The notes beneath the pieces are model-generated. The model had not been told where the DNA came from and did no database searches. It saw nothing but the letters and a program-made list of their open reading frames with translations. 64,000 nt of DNA, from positions 64,001-128,000 of the IMG/VR virus record IMGVR_UViG_3300036770_005682. One strand, 5' to 3'. The position numbers and the translations under genes were made by a program. The DNA comes from a virus. This document shows positions 1 through 9,534 of this stretch, piece after piece (position 1 is the stretch's first letter; each line of letters begins with the position of its first letter).

Positions 1-27
1 TTCCCTGCGGCGAATCATGGACATATT

Positions 28-1224
28 TTATCCCGGGTATCTGCCGGATGTTGCTTTCCAGTGATGCATTCCGCCATTATCGTAAAGATAACGAGCTACA
101 GCCAGATTGCAGCTGGGCCGTAACAAGACGGTCATATCCCCCCACTTTGACTTGCAGACCCGGGATGTAACGGTAACCCACGAGCTATTAATCTGCAAGA
201 GGCCACTGTCATACGACTTGACTGCATCGCACTTTTTGTACACCTGAGCTGGTGCCAACTTGCAGCTCCAGTGCCCCATGCCGCTCTTGTAATTCCAGCC
301 GATTGCCTTTGGTTGGCAACGACTCTCCCTCCACATAATGTACGAAAAGTCCTTTACTGGGAGCTTGTATTTTTTGATTAACTTTTCCCATTTTGGGCAT
401 CGCTTCACGGTCTCTTTTGTGCTTTCGGTATTGGCGCTCTGTGCGGACACCGTGCCGCCACCAACCTCCGCCGTGCGTACAGCATGCTTCTTGAGGTATG
501 CCTTGTGTGCTGCTCTGGTTTTGGGGCCGTACCAACCGTCTACTTTGACGCCAAGAAATACCTGCAGGTCGTGGGCGGCTTTGCTTTTTTCATTTCGCGT
601 AAACGTGAAATGAACGACGTCCTGGTAGTTCTCGTAGTAATACATCTGTGGTTTTTGCATGCGGTACTTTCCAGTCGATTTTGACTTGTAGCAGCCCCAC
701 CCATTTAGCCCAACGGGCTTTTGGTTCCATACGTACTGCACTGGAACACCGTTGCGTCGTGCCCAATCGGGGTCCCTGTAAACAATCTGAGAATATCCCT
801 CAACGGCAATGCGATTAGCGACAATGATTTGCTCATCCTTTGTTGCGCGGTCTGGCGATGGGGCAAACTGCTCTCCTCCATACCTTTCCCATGTTCCCAT
901 GGACGGCTTGGGGAAGGAACTATTCGTCATTATTCCTAGGCCGCCTGCAAAACGGCCTCCATCTTTCCAGTTCTGCGCTGTTTCACACTGAGCTAATTGC
1001 TCCCAGAATTGGATGGTGGGGTATGCGTGGTTCCGTGGTGTTGACGATTTTCGAAGGTCATAATTTGAGACCTGTGTGGGATGTATCCCCCTGCGTGAAT
1101 CAATATTTGACCGGCTAACCACCCCCTCTACTGAAGAAGGGCTGGCGGACAGCTTTGCCGGTGCTGCCCCAATAACAACAATACTTAACATGAGAAATGC
1201 GAATAACCGCTTTGCTTTTTCCAA
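28..1224 (-). CDS. Secreted muralytic enzyme: Rpf-like transglycosylase, peptidoglycan-binding domain and C-terminal SLT/lysozyme-like domain
   Basis: Signal peptide; WEQLAQCE...GGLG...TWERYGG...ATKDEQIIVANR matches the Rpf motif; VDGWYGPKT PG-binding motif; IMWRESRC...GLLQIN...NLAVARYLY SLT motifs. Confidence 0.8.
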   Translation of the reverse strand: MEKAKRLFAFLMLSIVVIGAAPAKLSASPSSVEGVVSRSNIDSRRGIHPTQVSNYDLRKSSTPRNHAYPTIQFWEQLAQCETAQNWKDGGRFAGGLGIMTNSSFPKPSMGTWERYGGEQFAPSPDRATKDEQIIVANRIAVEGYSQIVYRDPDWARRNGVPVQYVWNQKPVGLNGWGCYKSKSTGKYRMQKPQMYYYENYQDVVHFTFTRNEKSKAAHDLQVFLGVKVDGWYGPKTRAAHKAYLKKHAVRTAEVGGGTVSAQSANTESTKETVKRCPKWEKLIKKYKLPVKDFSYIMWRESRCQPKAIGWNYKSGMGHWSCKLAPAQVYKKCDAVKSYDSGLLQINSSWVTVTSRVCKSKWGDMTVLLRPSCNLAVARYLYDNGGMHHWKATSGRYPG

Positions 1225-1372
1225 TGTTCGTTCCTTTGTTCGGCCAATATTTCTCCGGCTGTGCCGGGCTACTTAATATGTATCTATCTATTATACCCCA
1301 GGGGCAGAATTTGAAACCCCAAATTTGTGCCAATACTTAACAAGAGCGGCATAAAACCCTTGCCGTATATGG

Positions 1373-1408
1373 AAAAACCGGCTGTGACCAAAGTCACAGC
1401 CGGTTTCC
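1373..1408 (-). terminator. Intrinsic terminator after ssb
   Basis: AAACCGGCTGTGAC-caaa-GTCACAGCCGGTTT hairpin with a T-run on the - strand. Confidence 0.75.
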
Positions 1409-1413
1409 TAGGC

Positions 1414-1893
1414 TCAGAACGGCTCTTCGTCGCTCAAATCTTCGCGGCTGACCGCTGGGCGGGAAGCCTTCTTGGCTGGCTGTGTGGACTTACGAGAAGC
1501 AGTAGCTACGTTCTCATCAGCAATCCCTGCAGAGCCGCCGCCGCGACGACGCTCTACGGACTCGATTGCCATGGAGTGGATTGCGATGTTGTCGGCGATG
1601 ACGACAATCTTGGAGCGCTTCTCTCCGCTCTCCTTGTCATCCCATGTCTGCTGCTCCAGCTTGCCCATGACAACAACGCGGATTCCCTTCTCGACTACGC
1701 GAGCAATGTCTTCAGCGGTATAACGCCATCCTTCGACATTGAAGTAGGACACCTGCTCCTTCTTCTCGCCGCTCTCATCATTCCAGTAACGGTTGACAGC
1801 GAGACCGAATGTTGCCTTGGCTGTTCCGTTTTGGAAGTACTTCAATTCTGGGTCGCCAGTCGCGTTCCCAATCAGGGTGACATATGTAGTCAT
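1414..1893 (-). CDS. ssb: Single-stranded DNA-binding protein
   Basis: VTLIGNATGDPELKY OB-fold start; acidic tail ending DEEPF. Confidence 0.95.
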   Translation of the reverse strand: MTTYVTLIGNATGDPELKYFQNGTAKATFGLAVNRYWNDESGEKKEQVSYFNVEGWRYTAEDIARVVEKGIRVVVMGKLEQQTWDDKESGEKRSKIVVIADNIAIHSMAIESVERRRGGGSAGIADENVATASRKSTQPAKKASRPAVSREDLSDEEPF

Positions 1894-1962
1894 CTTATTC
1901 TCCTTGTTTAGTGGCCGTAGCCTGTGTGAGGACCACTCTACACCCAGTGATAGAGTGTTGCA

Positions 1963-2208
1963 ATGGCAAACGACAAAAAGTTTTCAGAGGCGCTTACCAG
2001 CATTCAAAACTACATAAAAGAAGAATTTCTTGACATGACTGACCCCGGCGACCTGTCAGACAAAGAATTGATAGAGCTTGACAATTCCATGGGGGAGCTG
2101 AGCCGCGCAGTGATGCATATATTGGGTCTCGAGATAACAGAAGTGAAATCCGATACGGAGTTTGTCGCATCTATATCGCTGCAAAGCACGGAGACATTGG
2201 ACATATGA
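1963..2208 (+). CDS. Hypothetical protein
   Basis: ORF overlapping the next gene (ATGA); TAGAGT -10 just upstream, probably leaderless. Confidence 0.6.
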   Translation: MANDKKFSEALTSIQNYIKEEFLDMTDPGDLSDKELIELDNSMGELSRAVMHILGLEITEVKSDTEFVASISLQSTETLDI

Positions 2209-2957
2209 TTCATGAAAATCTTTCGGGCCTTCTGCTCCCGATAGACGCACTGCATCCACTCGAGGGCAACCCGCGTCGTGGCAACGTCGATGCGATTGCC
2301 GCTTCTTATAGGGAGTTTGGTCAGGTCAAGCCCATAGTTGTGAAACCTAACGGTGATGGCTCCTACACTGTAATAGCCGGGAACCACCAGCTTGAGGCAG
2401 CAAAATCGCTCGGCTGGGAAAGTATTGCAGCAGTTGTTCTAGATGTTGATGACAAAGCAGCAATTGCTTTTGCCATAGCCGACAATCGCACAGTAGAGCT
2501 TGGATATACAGACGACTCGGCGCTCTTTGAAATGCTCAACGACGTATCAGATGACTACTCCTACCTTCTGGAGCAGCTGCAGTGGGACGACTTTGAGATG
2601 GCCGCCCTGTCAGAGCATGCCGAGAAATATGACGAAGACTACGTTCAGGGGTATGTCCCACCAGAGATAGTCAAACCAATAGAAGCAATATCGACAATGG
2701 ACCCGACAACCGGAGAAAAACGGCTGGAGGCAAAACCTGACGCAGATAAAACTGTGGCGGCATCACTGGGTAGCACAGCAATCAGTGCAAGCGGCAGTGA
2801 AAAAGCAATTGTCCAGTACACCTTGGTATTTGACTCCGCAGACCAGCAGCGCAGGTGGTACGACTTTATTCGTTACCTCAAGTCTTCAGCTGTATATGGC
2901 GGGAACACAACAGCAGAGCGTCTTTTCGAATTTATCGACGCCCACGCAGACTTTTAA
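2205..2957 (+). CDS. ParB/Srx N-terminal domain protein
   Basis: NPRRG...FGQVKPIVV...VIAGNHQLEAAKSLGW...IADNR motif of ParB-like domains. Confidence 0.85.
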   Translation: MIHENLSGLLLPIDALHPLEGNPRRGNVDAIAASYREFGQVKPIVVKPNGDGSYTVIAGNHQLEAAKSLGWESIAAVVLDVDDKAAIAFAIADNRTVELGYTDDSALFEMLNDVSDDYSYLLEQLQWDDFEMAALSEHAEKYDEDYVQGYVPPEIVKPIEAISTMDPTTGEKRLEAKPDADKTVAASLGSTAISASGSEKAIVQYTLVFDSADQQRRWYDFIRYLKSSAVYGGNTTAERLFEFIDAHADF

Positions 2958-3066
2958 CTATTCCCACATTTCGTGGTGGTTGCGTTCAATTCTATTTAGC
3001 CATGAACGCAGAGCAAGAACCCCTGCCGTAGCAATTGATATGGAGGCAATAAATACTGCCGTTACC

Positions 3067-3282
3067 TTATTCTTCGCCATCAGAGCCTGCCTTACAATCG
3101 ATTTCTTTTAATTTATCGCGCATTGCTCTTACTAGGTACTTTTCGCGCCAGCGGTCGCGTGACTCTGTCATTACTCGCAATTCATTGGAAAGCGCATTGT
3201 TTTTGGTGTCTTTTTTAAAACACGTCAATCGTCCCAAAATGAAAGAGCACACAATAGATACAGAGAAGATTACGAATTCCAT
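3067..3282 (-). CDS. Small membrane-anchored hypothetical protein
   Basis: N-terminal hydrophobic helix, coiled C-terminus. Confidence 0.5.
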   Translation of the reverse strand: MEFVIFSVSIVCSFILGRLTCFKKDTKNNALSNELRVMTESRDRWREKYLVRAMRDKLKEIDCKAGSDGEE

Positions 3283-3503
3283 ATAGCCCCCGTAAAGATT
3301 TATTTGTCGTTGCGATTTTTCTTTTGCCGCGAGCCGAGAGTAAATCCAACCATCAACCCAACGGTACTACCAACCGTCAAGCCACTGAAATACATGAAGT
3401 ACATATGAAATTCCACCTCACCACCCCAGTAACAGCACAGCTATACCAAGGATAATCGCTCCAATAGCTACGCAGGCAGCAGCTTTTTGTTCATTTTCCA
3501 TAG

Positions 3504-3576
<73 letters not shown>

Positions 3577-3582
3577 GAGATG

Positions 3583-3882
3583 TCAGTCTGCGACTGATTC
3601 CTTCTCCTGCTGCCGCTTTACACGGCGCAGAACATCGACAGTCACAGGAAGGCCACGCGCAGCACGCTGCTCATCTGTCTCTCCTCCCCATATCCCGGAT
3701 GACTGCGTTGCCACCCCATACTCACGGCAAGGGTCGGACACTGGGCACTGCCCACAAATTTCCAACGCCTGCTGAGTGAGCTTGGCACGCTTGCGGCCAG
3801 TCACGTTGCTCGGCGGGAAGAATAGGTGCCCCTTGCCGCGACACAGAGAAAAGTCCATCCAGTTAATATTTATGTAGGTCAT
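3583..3882 (-). CDS. whiB: WhiB family transcription factor
   Basis: C...CGQCPVSDPC...GIWGG motif. Confidence 0.92.
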   Translation of the reverse strand: MTYININWMDFSLCRGKGHLFFPPSNVTGRKRAKLTQQALEICGQCPVSDPCREYGVATQSSGIWGGETDEQRAARGLPVTVDVLRRVKRQQEKESVAD

Positions 3883-3924
3883 GGTTGCAGTGTAGCCCTC
3901 CTGTTTTAATTTGTCAACTATTTT

Positions 3925-3999
3925 TGGAGCCCCCGGTCGGGATTGAACCGACGACCGCTCGCTTACAAGGCGAGTGCTCTACCACTGAGCTACAGGGGC
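3925..3999 (-). tRNA. tRNA-Thr(UGU)
   Basis: Cloverleaf, anticodon loop CTTGTAA, encoded CCA. Confidence 0.92.
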
Positions 4000-4003
4000 G
4001 GGA

Positions 4004-4291
4004 TTATGAGAAATGTTTAATTATCGCTGTCGTCGCCAGAATTACCCACAGGACATTGAACAAAATTATTGTTGGAAGAGTTTTGACAGTAGAGGACCAT
4101 ATCAGGGCAATGCTGGATGCGATGGCAAAAATATACAGCCACCAGAACTGTCTTCCAAACAGCAGGCCAGGGAAAATTATTGCAATTTTTGTCGCGAAAC
4201 CCCAAGCTTCAACAGTATTGGCTTTATTCCAATACCCAGCCGAGCTCATGGTTTTAACCGCGTTCATTATGTTCGTGAAAAATTTTTTCAT
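4004..4291 (-). CDS. Small multi-pass membrane protein
   Basis: About three hydrophobic helices; start moved to the ATG downstream of tRNA-Pro. Confidence 0.65.
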   Translation of the reverse strand: MKKFFTNIMNAVKTMSSAGYWNKANTVEAWGFATKIAIIFPGLLFGRQFWWLYIFAIASSIALIWSSTVKTLPTIILFNVLWVILATTAIIKHFS

Positions 4292-4295
4292 CTTG

Positions 4296-4369
4296 TCCGG
4301 ACAGCAGGATTTGAACCTGCGACCCCCTGCTCCCAAAGCAGGTGCGCTACCAAACTGCGCTATGTCCGG
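4296..4369 (-). tRNA. tRNA-Pro(UGG)
   Basis: Cloverleaf, anticodon loop TTTGGGA. Confidence 0.92.
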
Positions 4370-4384
4370 GTAACACGAGAATAT

Positions 4385-5011
4385 CTATTCTATGTCATAA
4401 AAATACCTGTCATCATCTGACGTGCGCCATTTTGCTGCATCTTCGACATCCCATTTGCGAGTGTTTATCAACCTCTCTATCAACGTTCCCGACTTTGTCG
4501 TAAAAGAAGGGTCAAATAAACGCACCCTATTATTTGGCTGAATAGCGAAATTTCCATCATCTCGCAATATCACATGTCCGCACTTGTGTTGCCCAGGGTT
4601 CAGACTAAAACCAGCATTGATGACGTTGTCGTCTGGTGCGTGCCAGTCAAGTGTGAATAAATACTTGCCATTGACGAACTCTCCAGACCTAGCAACATAT
4701 GTCATACGCATGTTGCGCATTGCTTGAAATTCTGTGACTGTCACGTGTGAACTGAACGAGTTCCACAGCACAAGCTCATGAATATCTACTTCTTTAATAC
4801 CGGGCTCTGCGCAGAAAGCAGATATTGGCATTCTCCACCAAACTCCACCATCTTCCATAAGAAAATGAAACAATGGGGACCTACCTTGTATTGACGCAAT
4901 ACCAAAAATCATGCATGGGAAGTATTGGTCATGAGAATCAACTTGATTGCGTAGATAATTCCCACGAACATAGCATTCAATAGCTGGAATATTTGCATTT
5001 AGTTCTGGCAT
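4385..5011 (-). CDS. Conserved phage hypothetical protein
   Basis: Long ORF starting MPELNANIP; HKCGH and QPNNR motifs; upstream extension overlaps tRNA-Gln. Confidence 0.7.
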   Translation of the reverse strand: MPELNANIPAIECYVRGNYLRNQVDSHDQYFPCMIFGIASIQGRSPLFHFLMEDGGVWWRMPISAFCAEPGIKEVDIHELVLWNSFSSHVTVTEFQAMRNMRMTYVARSGEFVNGKYLFTLDWHAPDDNVINAGFSLNPGQHKCGHVILRDDGNFAIQPNNRVRLFDPSFTTKSGTLIERLINTRKWDVEDAAKWRTSDDDRYFYDIE

Positions 5012-5035
5012 ATCTGCTACATTACATTCGTTTTG

Positions 5036-5107
5036 CTGGGGAGCGAGGACTCGAACCCCGAACTTCAGGACCAAAACCTGACGTGTTGCCAATTACACCA
5101 TTCCCCA
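5036..5107 (-). tRNA. tRNA-Gln(UUG)
   Basis: Cloverleaf TGGGGAATGGTGTAATTGGCAACAC..., anticodon TTG. Confidence 0.92.
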
Positions 5108-5112
5108 TGGAG

Positions 5113-5185
5113 CGCCCTCGGCAGGACTCGAACCTGCGGCCAACGGTTTAGGAAACCGGTGCTCTATCCGCTGAGCTACGAAGGC
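5113..5185 (-). tRNA. tRNA-Arg(CCU)
   Basis: Cloverleaf, anticodon loop TTCCTAA. Confidence 0.9.
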
Positions 5186-5189
5186 AAAG

Positions 5190-5262
5190 TGGGCGTAGTG
5201 GGATTCGAACCCACGCTGAAGGGATTTTAAGTCCCCTGCCTCTGCCGCTGGGCTACACGCCC
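5190..5262 (-). tRNA. tRNA-Leu(UAA), short variable arm
   Basis: Cloverleaf, loop CTTAAAA; short-arm form as in many actinobacteria. Confidence 0.88.
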
Positions 5263-5372
5263 TTCGGTTTATTTCAGTGAACGACCCATAAAAATGCCAC
5301 AACATAAGACGGCGACATAGCCGATAATCATGGAAATAAATTCTGACATATTTCTCCTTTTTCGTAGGCGCT

Positions 5373-5624
5373 TCAGATTACTTTGCCACAGCATCCATCG
5401 CAACCGTGCACCGTTTCTACTTCAGGGAGTTCGTCTGGGTCCGGATGCCCAACTCCATGTTGACAAATACGTTCCATTATTCCCCTGTCGAAACGGTAAT
5501 TCTGTGGCCAAGAGCGCATGTGGTGATTGCTTCGATTATGTACTGTGCAAAACTCTCCGAGGCACTTCGCTAAGTCATGAACGCTTATCTCAACGTCAGA
5601 GTTTTCCAACTTTACTTTTTCCAT
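5373..5624 (-). CDS. Hypothetical Cys/His-rich phage protein
   Basis: MERICQHGVGHPDPD...HGCDGCC. Confidence 0.7.
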   Translation of the reverse strand: MEKVKLENSDVEISVHDLAKCLGEFCTVHNRSNHHMRSWPQNYRFDRGIMERICQHGVGHPDPDELPEVETVHGCDGCCGKVI

Positions 5625-5626
5625 TG

Positions 5627-5698
5627 TGGGCGCTGAGGGTCTCGAACCCCCGACCTACTCGGTGTAAACGAGTTGCTCTACCGCTGAGCTAAGCGCCC
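5627..5698 (-). tRNA. tRNA-Val(UAC)
   Basis: Cloverleaf, loop TTTACAC. Confidence 0.92.
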
Positions 5699-5704
5699 GC
5701 TCTA

Positions 5705-5887
5705 CTAGTTGTGTTTCACGTAGTAGTTGATGCACTCAATGATGAACATTGCTTTATCTTTTTCCACTCCACGGACAAAGATTTCACCAGTAGCATCTTC
5801 CGTGTCTACTTCGATTATGTCGCCCATATCTGCAGACTCATCTTGAAATGGGCCTGCCGGGTACTGAACGAAAATCATTTTGTTCAT
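5705..5887 (-). CDS. Hypothetical protein
   Basis: ORF with AAGGAGAG RBS. Confidence 0.6.
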   Translation of the reverse strand: MNKMIFVQYPAGPFQDESADMGDIIEVDTEDATGEIFVRGVEKDKAMFIIECINYYVKHN

Positions 5888-5923
5888 TTTCTCTCCTTGT
5901 TTTGTTTTGTTAATTCGAGCCGG

Positions 5924-5996
5924 TGCCCCCGGCGAGAATTGAACTCGCGGCCAACACTTTATAAGAGTGCTGCTCTAACCACTGAGCTACGAGGGC
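5924..5996 (-). tRNA. tRNA-Ile(UAU)
   Basis: Cloverleaf GCCCTCGTAGCTCAGTGGTTAGAGCAGCACT-CTTATAA-AGTGT; anticodon TAT. Confidence 0.85.
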
Positions 5997-6044
5997 GTGT
6001 TGTCACGGCCGTATTCGTAGAGCAGTTAGAGACAGCATCTCTAA

Positions 6045-6290
6045 TCAGTCTTCGTTTGCTTGGATGTTTGCGAGTTCGCGCTGGTACAGCTCGGAGAACT
6101 CGTCGCGGTAGTTGTGCTGCAGAACCATCGCTGCACGACGACGGGCTTCTTGGCGCTGGCGATTTGCGAGATTCTCGCGCTCCTTGCGCTCAGCAATTTC
6201 CTTTGCGGTGAGCTTTGTCTTCTTGCGGCCGCGCTTTACTTCGCCAGCCTGCTTCAGCTCTGAATATGAACGTGGTTTCTTTGTTGCCAT
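6045..6290 (-). CDS. Basic helical hypothetical protein
   Basis: AGGAGG RBS; K/R-rich. Confidence 0.65.
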   Translation of the reverse strand: MATKKPRSYSELKQAGEVKRGRKKTKLTAKEIAERKERENLANRQRQEARRRAAMVLQHNYRDEFSELYQRELANIQANED

Positions 6291-6402
6291 ATCTCCTCCT
6301 TCGAGATGTTCTTGATATTAGCCTCGTCGCTAACGCCTTGCAACCTATCCGGCAATTTTTTTATTAGTTGATTTTTTCGCTGCTGCATGATAGACAATAG
6401 TC

Positions 6403-6852
6403 ATGACTGGCTACTTCCCGCAATACGATATCGCTGCCCCAAATTTCCTGAAAGACTTGGAGTTCGGCCAGCAAGGGGAAGGGCTAATCGCTAAATTTAT
6501 CGACGACATAGCCTCCGGCGATATTGAAGTGAAAACGGACAGATACCGCAACGGGAAAATGGTCATAGAAACAGAGCAATGGCCTGGTCGGCGTCGTGAT
6601 GCACAGGGAAACGAAATATGGGTTCTTAGTGGGATAAATGTCACAACAGCAAAGTGGTGGGTGTATCAATACCACCTAGACGGCGCATTTACCGTAGTGG
6701 CAGTTGACAGAATCAAACGGTATCTGCGTAAAAATAGTTCGCTGTTGAGTAAAACGACATTTGCGGGCAGCAGCGACAACCCGGCCAAAGGCTTTCTGCT
6801 ATTGCCTCATCAGGTTTCTGACCTAATGCTCAATGAACAATATGATTTGTGA
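6403..6852 (+). CDS. PD-(D/E)XK-like nuclease family phage protein
   Basis: DLEFGQQGE...IEVKTD...GKMVIE...SGINVTTAKWW. Confidence 0.6.
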   Translation: MTGYFPQYDIAAPNFLKDLEFGQQGEGLIAKFIDDIASGDIEVKTDRYRNGKMVIETEQWPGRRRDAQGNEIWVLSGINVTTAKWWVYQYHLDGAFTVVAVDRIKRYLRKNSSLLSKTTFAGSSDNPAKGFLLLPHQVSDLMLNEQYDL

Positions 6853-6968
6853 CATTGCGTTAGTGTGTATTTAATTATTAGCTTACTAAACGTTAAGCGT
6901 AGCTTCCCGTGCAAGGCAGAATCTTGTGCCATAATTGTTCAAACGGTACAACACCATAAGGAGAAACC

Positions 6969-7319
6969 ATGTCAACTGCAGTTCTTGCACCAACAACAAT
7001 CACGCTAACCATTCCTGGCACGCTCAGCACATCGAGCGTCGTCACAATGGCAATGCCTTTTAACGGAAAAATCACAGGCGCATATGTAGCCGTCACGACA
7101 GCACCTGCCGGCTCAGCCCTTACTGCAGACCTCAAGGTTGGCTCTGACGTTGCTGCTGCGTTCTCTATCGCCGATGCTGGTACTTCAGACGAGGGAACAC
7201 TAACCGCTGCAAACGTCGACTTCGTCGCGGGTGACCTTGTCAGTCTCGATGTTTCTGCTGTCGGTTCAGGCACAGCTGGCGCAAACATGACAGTTGCTTT
7301 CACGGTCACACAGGGCTAA
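6969..7319 (+). CDS. Small beta-rich putative virion (decoration-like) protein
   Basis: Strong RBS, own terminator, A/T/G/V-rich beta composition. Confidence 0.55.
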   Translation: MSTAVLAPTTITLTIPGTLSTSSVVTMAMPFNGKITGAYVAVTTAPAGSALTADLKVGSDVAAAFSIADAGTSDEGTLTAANVDFVAGDLVSLDVSAVGSGTAGANMTVAFTVTQG

Positions 7320-7334
7320 TACAAGTACTCTCCG

Positions 7335-7371
7335 AAAGAGGGCGCTCCCTTTATTGGGGGCGCTCTTTTTT
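7335..7371 (+). terminator. Intrinsic terminator
   Basis: AAAGAGGGCGCTCCC-tttatt-GGGGGCGCTCTTTTTT. Confidence 0.75.
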
Positions 7372-7395
7372 GTGCCCCAAAATAAAAGTTGGTGT

Positions 7396-7424
7396 TGACG
7401 GTTTCGAAGAAAACCAATATGATG
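7396..7424 (+). promoter_or_regulatory. SigA/sigma70-type promoter
   Basis: TTGACG-N17-TATGAT. Confidence 0.65.
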
Positions 7425-7654
7425 GAAATGCTCAAAGACCATTGAAAAAACGACAACATTTTTGCATAACAGCTCAAATGAAGTGCAGAATCAATGCATC
7501 CGATGAGTTACACCCCAAGAGGGGTCCCCAGTTTCGGCTTGGGCGGTCTTAGTAGCCTGGCGACGGCGCTACTAATCCGGTTTTAAAGCTTCGTCGCGCA
7601 GGTTGGCCTAGGGGGTACTATTTCTCCTAGGCTTTCCTGTTTAGAAAGGATGAA

Positions 7655-7912
7655 ATGTCACAAGACGATAACCTCGCCAAACAACTTGGTATCCGGAAAG
7701 AAGATATCAATGTCGAATATTTGGTAAATAAGGTGATAGAAGAGTTCCTCTTCCATGAAGAAATGGCAGAGATAACAATGAACAAGATGGCGCAGGCCAA
7801 AGACAAAACATCAGAGTTTATGGCGGCGTTCGACGTGTACAACAACATGTCCTACCTACTCCGTGACATGCTGCTCAAGGCAACGGACAAGGAAGACAAT
7901 GCCGCTAAGTGA
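7655..7912 (+). CDS. Hypothetical protein
   Basis: GAAAGGA RBS, helical ORF. Confidence 0.6.
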   Translation: MSQDDNLAKQLGIRKEDINVEYLVNKVIEEFLFHEEMAEITMNKMAQAKDKTSEFMAAFDVYNNMSYLLRDMLLKATDKEDNAAK

Positions 7913-8081
7913 CCCGGAAAAGCGCAGGGACTACGAGCGCGAAAGAAAACAAAAACTCAGGCTCGAGAAAATCATGAGCCTTCCGGAAACAGAAAAAACA
8001 ATCGCCCTAGAACGCAATCAGCGCAGGCGCGGCCATTCGATGAGGTGGAAACGTCACTCTTCTTCGCCGAATGACTTATAG
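7899..8081 (+). CDS. Small basic hypothetical protein
   Basis: MPLSDPEKRRDYERE start typical of small phage proteins. Confidence 0.5.
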   Translation: MPLSDPEKRRDYERERKQKLRLEKIMSLPETEKTIALERNQRRRGHSMRWKRHSSSPNDL

Positions 8082-8239
8082 ATAAGCTCGACACGTTCTT
8101 CTTCAGTCATCTTCATCGACTTTTCGGTTGCTCCCCAGAGCCATTCACCATCTTCATTCACGCCGATGACCTCGATAAGGCCAATCCGGCGCAATTCTTC
8201 CATGTCACGAAACAAATCTTCTTTGCTGTAGTCGCTCAT
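8054..8239 (-). CDS. Hypothetical protein
   Basis: ORF immediately downstream of tRNA-Ser, with RBS. Confidence 0.55.
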   Translation of the reverse strand: MSDYSKEDLFRDMEELRRIGLIEVIGVNEDGEWLWGATEKSMKMTEEERVELIYKSFGEEE

Positions 8240-8269
8240 ATTTTTCCCTTCGTTAAATTTATCCGACAC

Positions 8270-8357
8270 TGGCGGAGAGGGTGGGATTTGAACCCACGGT
8301 GAGTTGCCCCACGCTTGTTTTCAAGACAAGTGCCTTCGGCCGCTTGGCTACCTCTCC
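8270..8357 (-). tRNA. tRNA-Ser(UGA)
   Basis: Cloverleaf with long variable arm, loop CTTGAAA, encoded CCA. Confidence 0.92.
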
Positions 8358-8380
8358 AAAGAGCCACGTTCACACCGTGA

Positions 8381-8602
8381 CTAAATACTACCCGCTTCTG
8401 CTTCATCAAACAAGTCCAAAACTTCATCGTATCCGCACTTGCATTTGTTCATGTTGCACAAGCAGCCATATAACCCCAAATGAATGCGCAGCACTGTAGC
8501 GACATGACGCCAATTGTCACGTTCTTTCTCGAGGCATACGTAACACAGGTGTCCATCCATATTGGCGCAGTCACATTTCGCAACTTGAGAGATATCTCTC
8601 AT
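8381..8602 (-). CDS. Cys-rich hypothetical protein
   Basis: Multiple CxC/CxxC motifs. Confidence 0.5.
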   Translation of the reverse strand: MRDISQVAKCDCANMDGHLCYVCLEKERDNWRHVATVLRIHLGLYGCLCNMNKCKCGYDEVLDLFDEAEAGSI

Positions 8603-8627
8603 TTTGTGAGAAATACGTCGGATAAAT

Positions 8628-8981
8628 TTATCCGCCACCCGTCTCACCCTCTGTATTTTGGGTGAAGTAGATATTTGTGAAATCGAATTCACCGGCGTCC
8701 AATCTTCCCTTCAACGTCAATGACTCTGTATACCACTGACAATCTAGACACTCATCATTTAAGTGACCATCAGGGGGAGCGCCGAGACTTATCCCATGCT
8801 CCACTTCTTTTTGCATATAGGGAAGAAGTTCGTCGATAGCTTTTTTCATGCGCTCAATAACATCGGCAGCATTCATCATAGTCTCACCAGGGAAATAGTC
8901 ATTCCCGTCGTTATCCGTGAACCATTCGTCGAAAATTTCACCTTCGTGACGTAATTGCGCTATAAAAGTGATTAATTCCAT
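8628..8981 (-). CDS. Hypothetical protein (AADxIER family)
   Basis: AADVIERMK motif shared with neighbouring genes. Confidence 0.55.
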   Translation of the reverse strand: MELITFIAQLRHEGEIFDEWFTDNDGNDYFPGETMMNAADVIERMKKAIDELLPYMQKEVEHGISLGAPPDGHLNDECLDCQWYTESLTLKGRLDAGEFDFTNIYFTQNTEGETGGG

Positions 8982-8986
8982 TCTTC

Positions 8987-9205
8987 CTACAATTCGTGTT
9001 TCGTGTTCTGCGCCTCTATCCACACCCGTGCGCCACAAGAGTCTGGCACATCCGACTGTACAACTGTTGCCGCAACATGTCCACAGCCACAGGGGCAAAT
9101 AATGTCAACACGACGGTGATGAGTCGAACCTTTATAGGTCCGGTCAATAATCGCATCCAAGCCTTTGCGTATCTTCTGCTGATGTACATGAAGTATGTGT
9201 TTCAT
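8987..9205 (-). CDS. Hypothetical phage protein
   Basis: IHVxQ...CGARVWIE pattern; coupled to the upstream gene. Confidence 0.65.
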   Translation of the reverse strand: MKHILHVHQQKIRKGLDAIIDRTYKGSTHHRRVDIICPCGCGHVAATVVQSDVPDSCGARVWIEAQNTKHEL

Positions 9206-9534
9206 TTTGTTGTCTTATTCCGAAGCTGATGTATTCTGCGCGCTTCACATAGTGTCTCTAGGGCTCCATCAATAGCTCGGTGAAGTGTTGGCCATTCCTT
9301 GCGATGTTTTTTCATTACCGCCCGATGGTACGACGGGCTGGGTCCTTCGTCAACGATTGCTTTTTCAATCTTTGCAAGTGCTCCCCGTAGGCGTTCAATC
9401 TCATCTGCTGCGTCAGTTATGAACATTTCTGCCCATACCGCCTCAAGGCATCCACATTCGGAGTAATTCCACGCTCCGCAAGTGCATCCTTCTCCGTGAG
9501 ATTCTCGTAGTCGGGTCACAATGTCATCACTCAT
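9202..9534 (-). CDS. Hypothetical protein (DDIVTRL...AADEIERLR family)
   Basis: Paralogous to 9534..9815. Confidence 0.65.
   Translation of the reverse strand: MSDDIVTRLRESHGEGCTCGAWNYSECGCLEAVWAEMFITDAADEIERLRGALAKIEKAIVDEGPSPSYHRAVMKKHRKEWPTLHRAIDGALETLCEARRIHQLRNKTTK

Noticed and set aside
8270-8357. Selenocysteine or suppressor tRNA
   Set aside because: Anticodon UGA reads the serine codon UCA; it is an ordinary tRNA-Ser.
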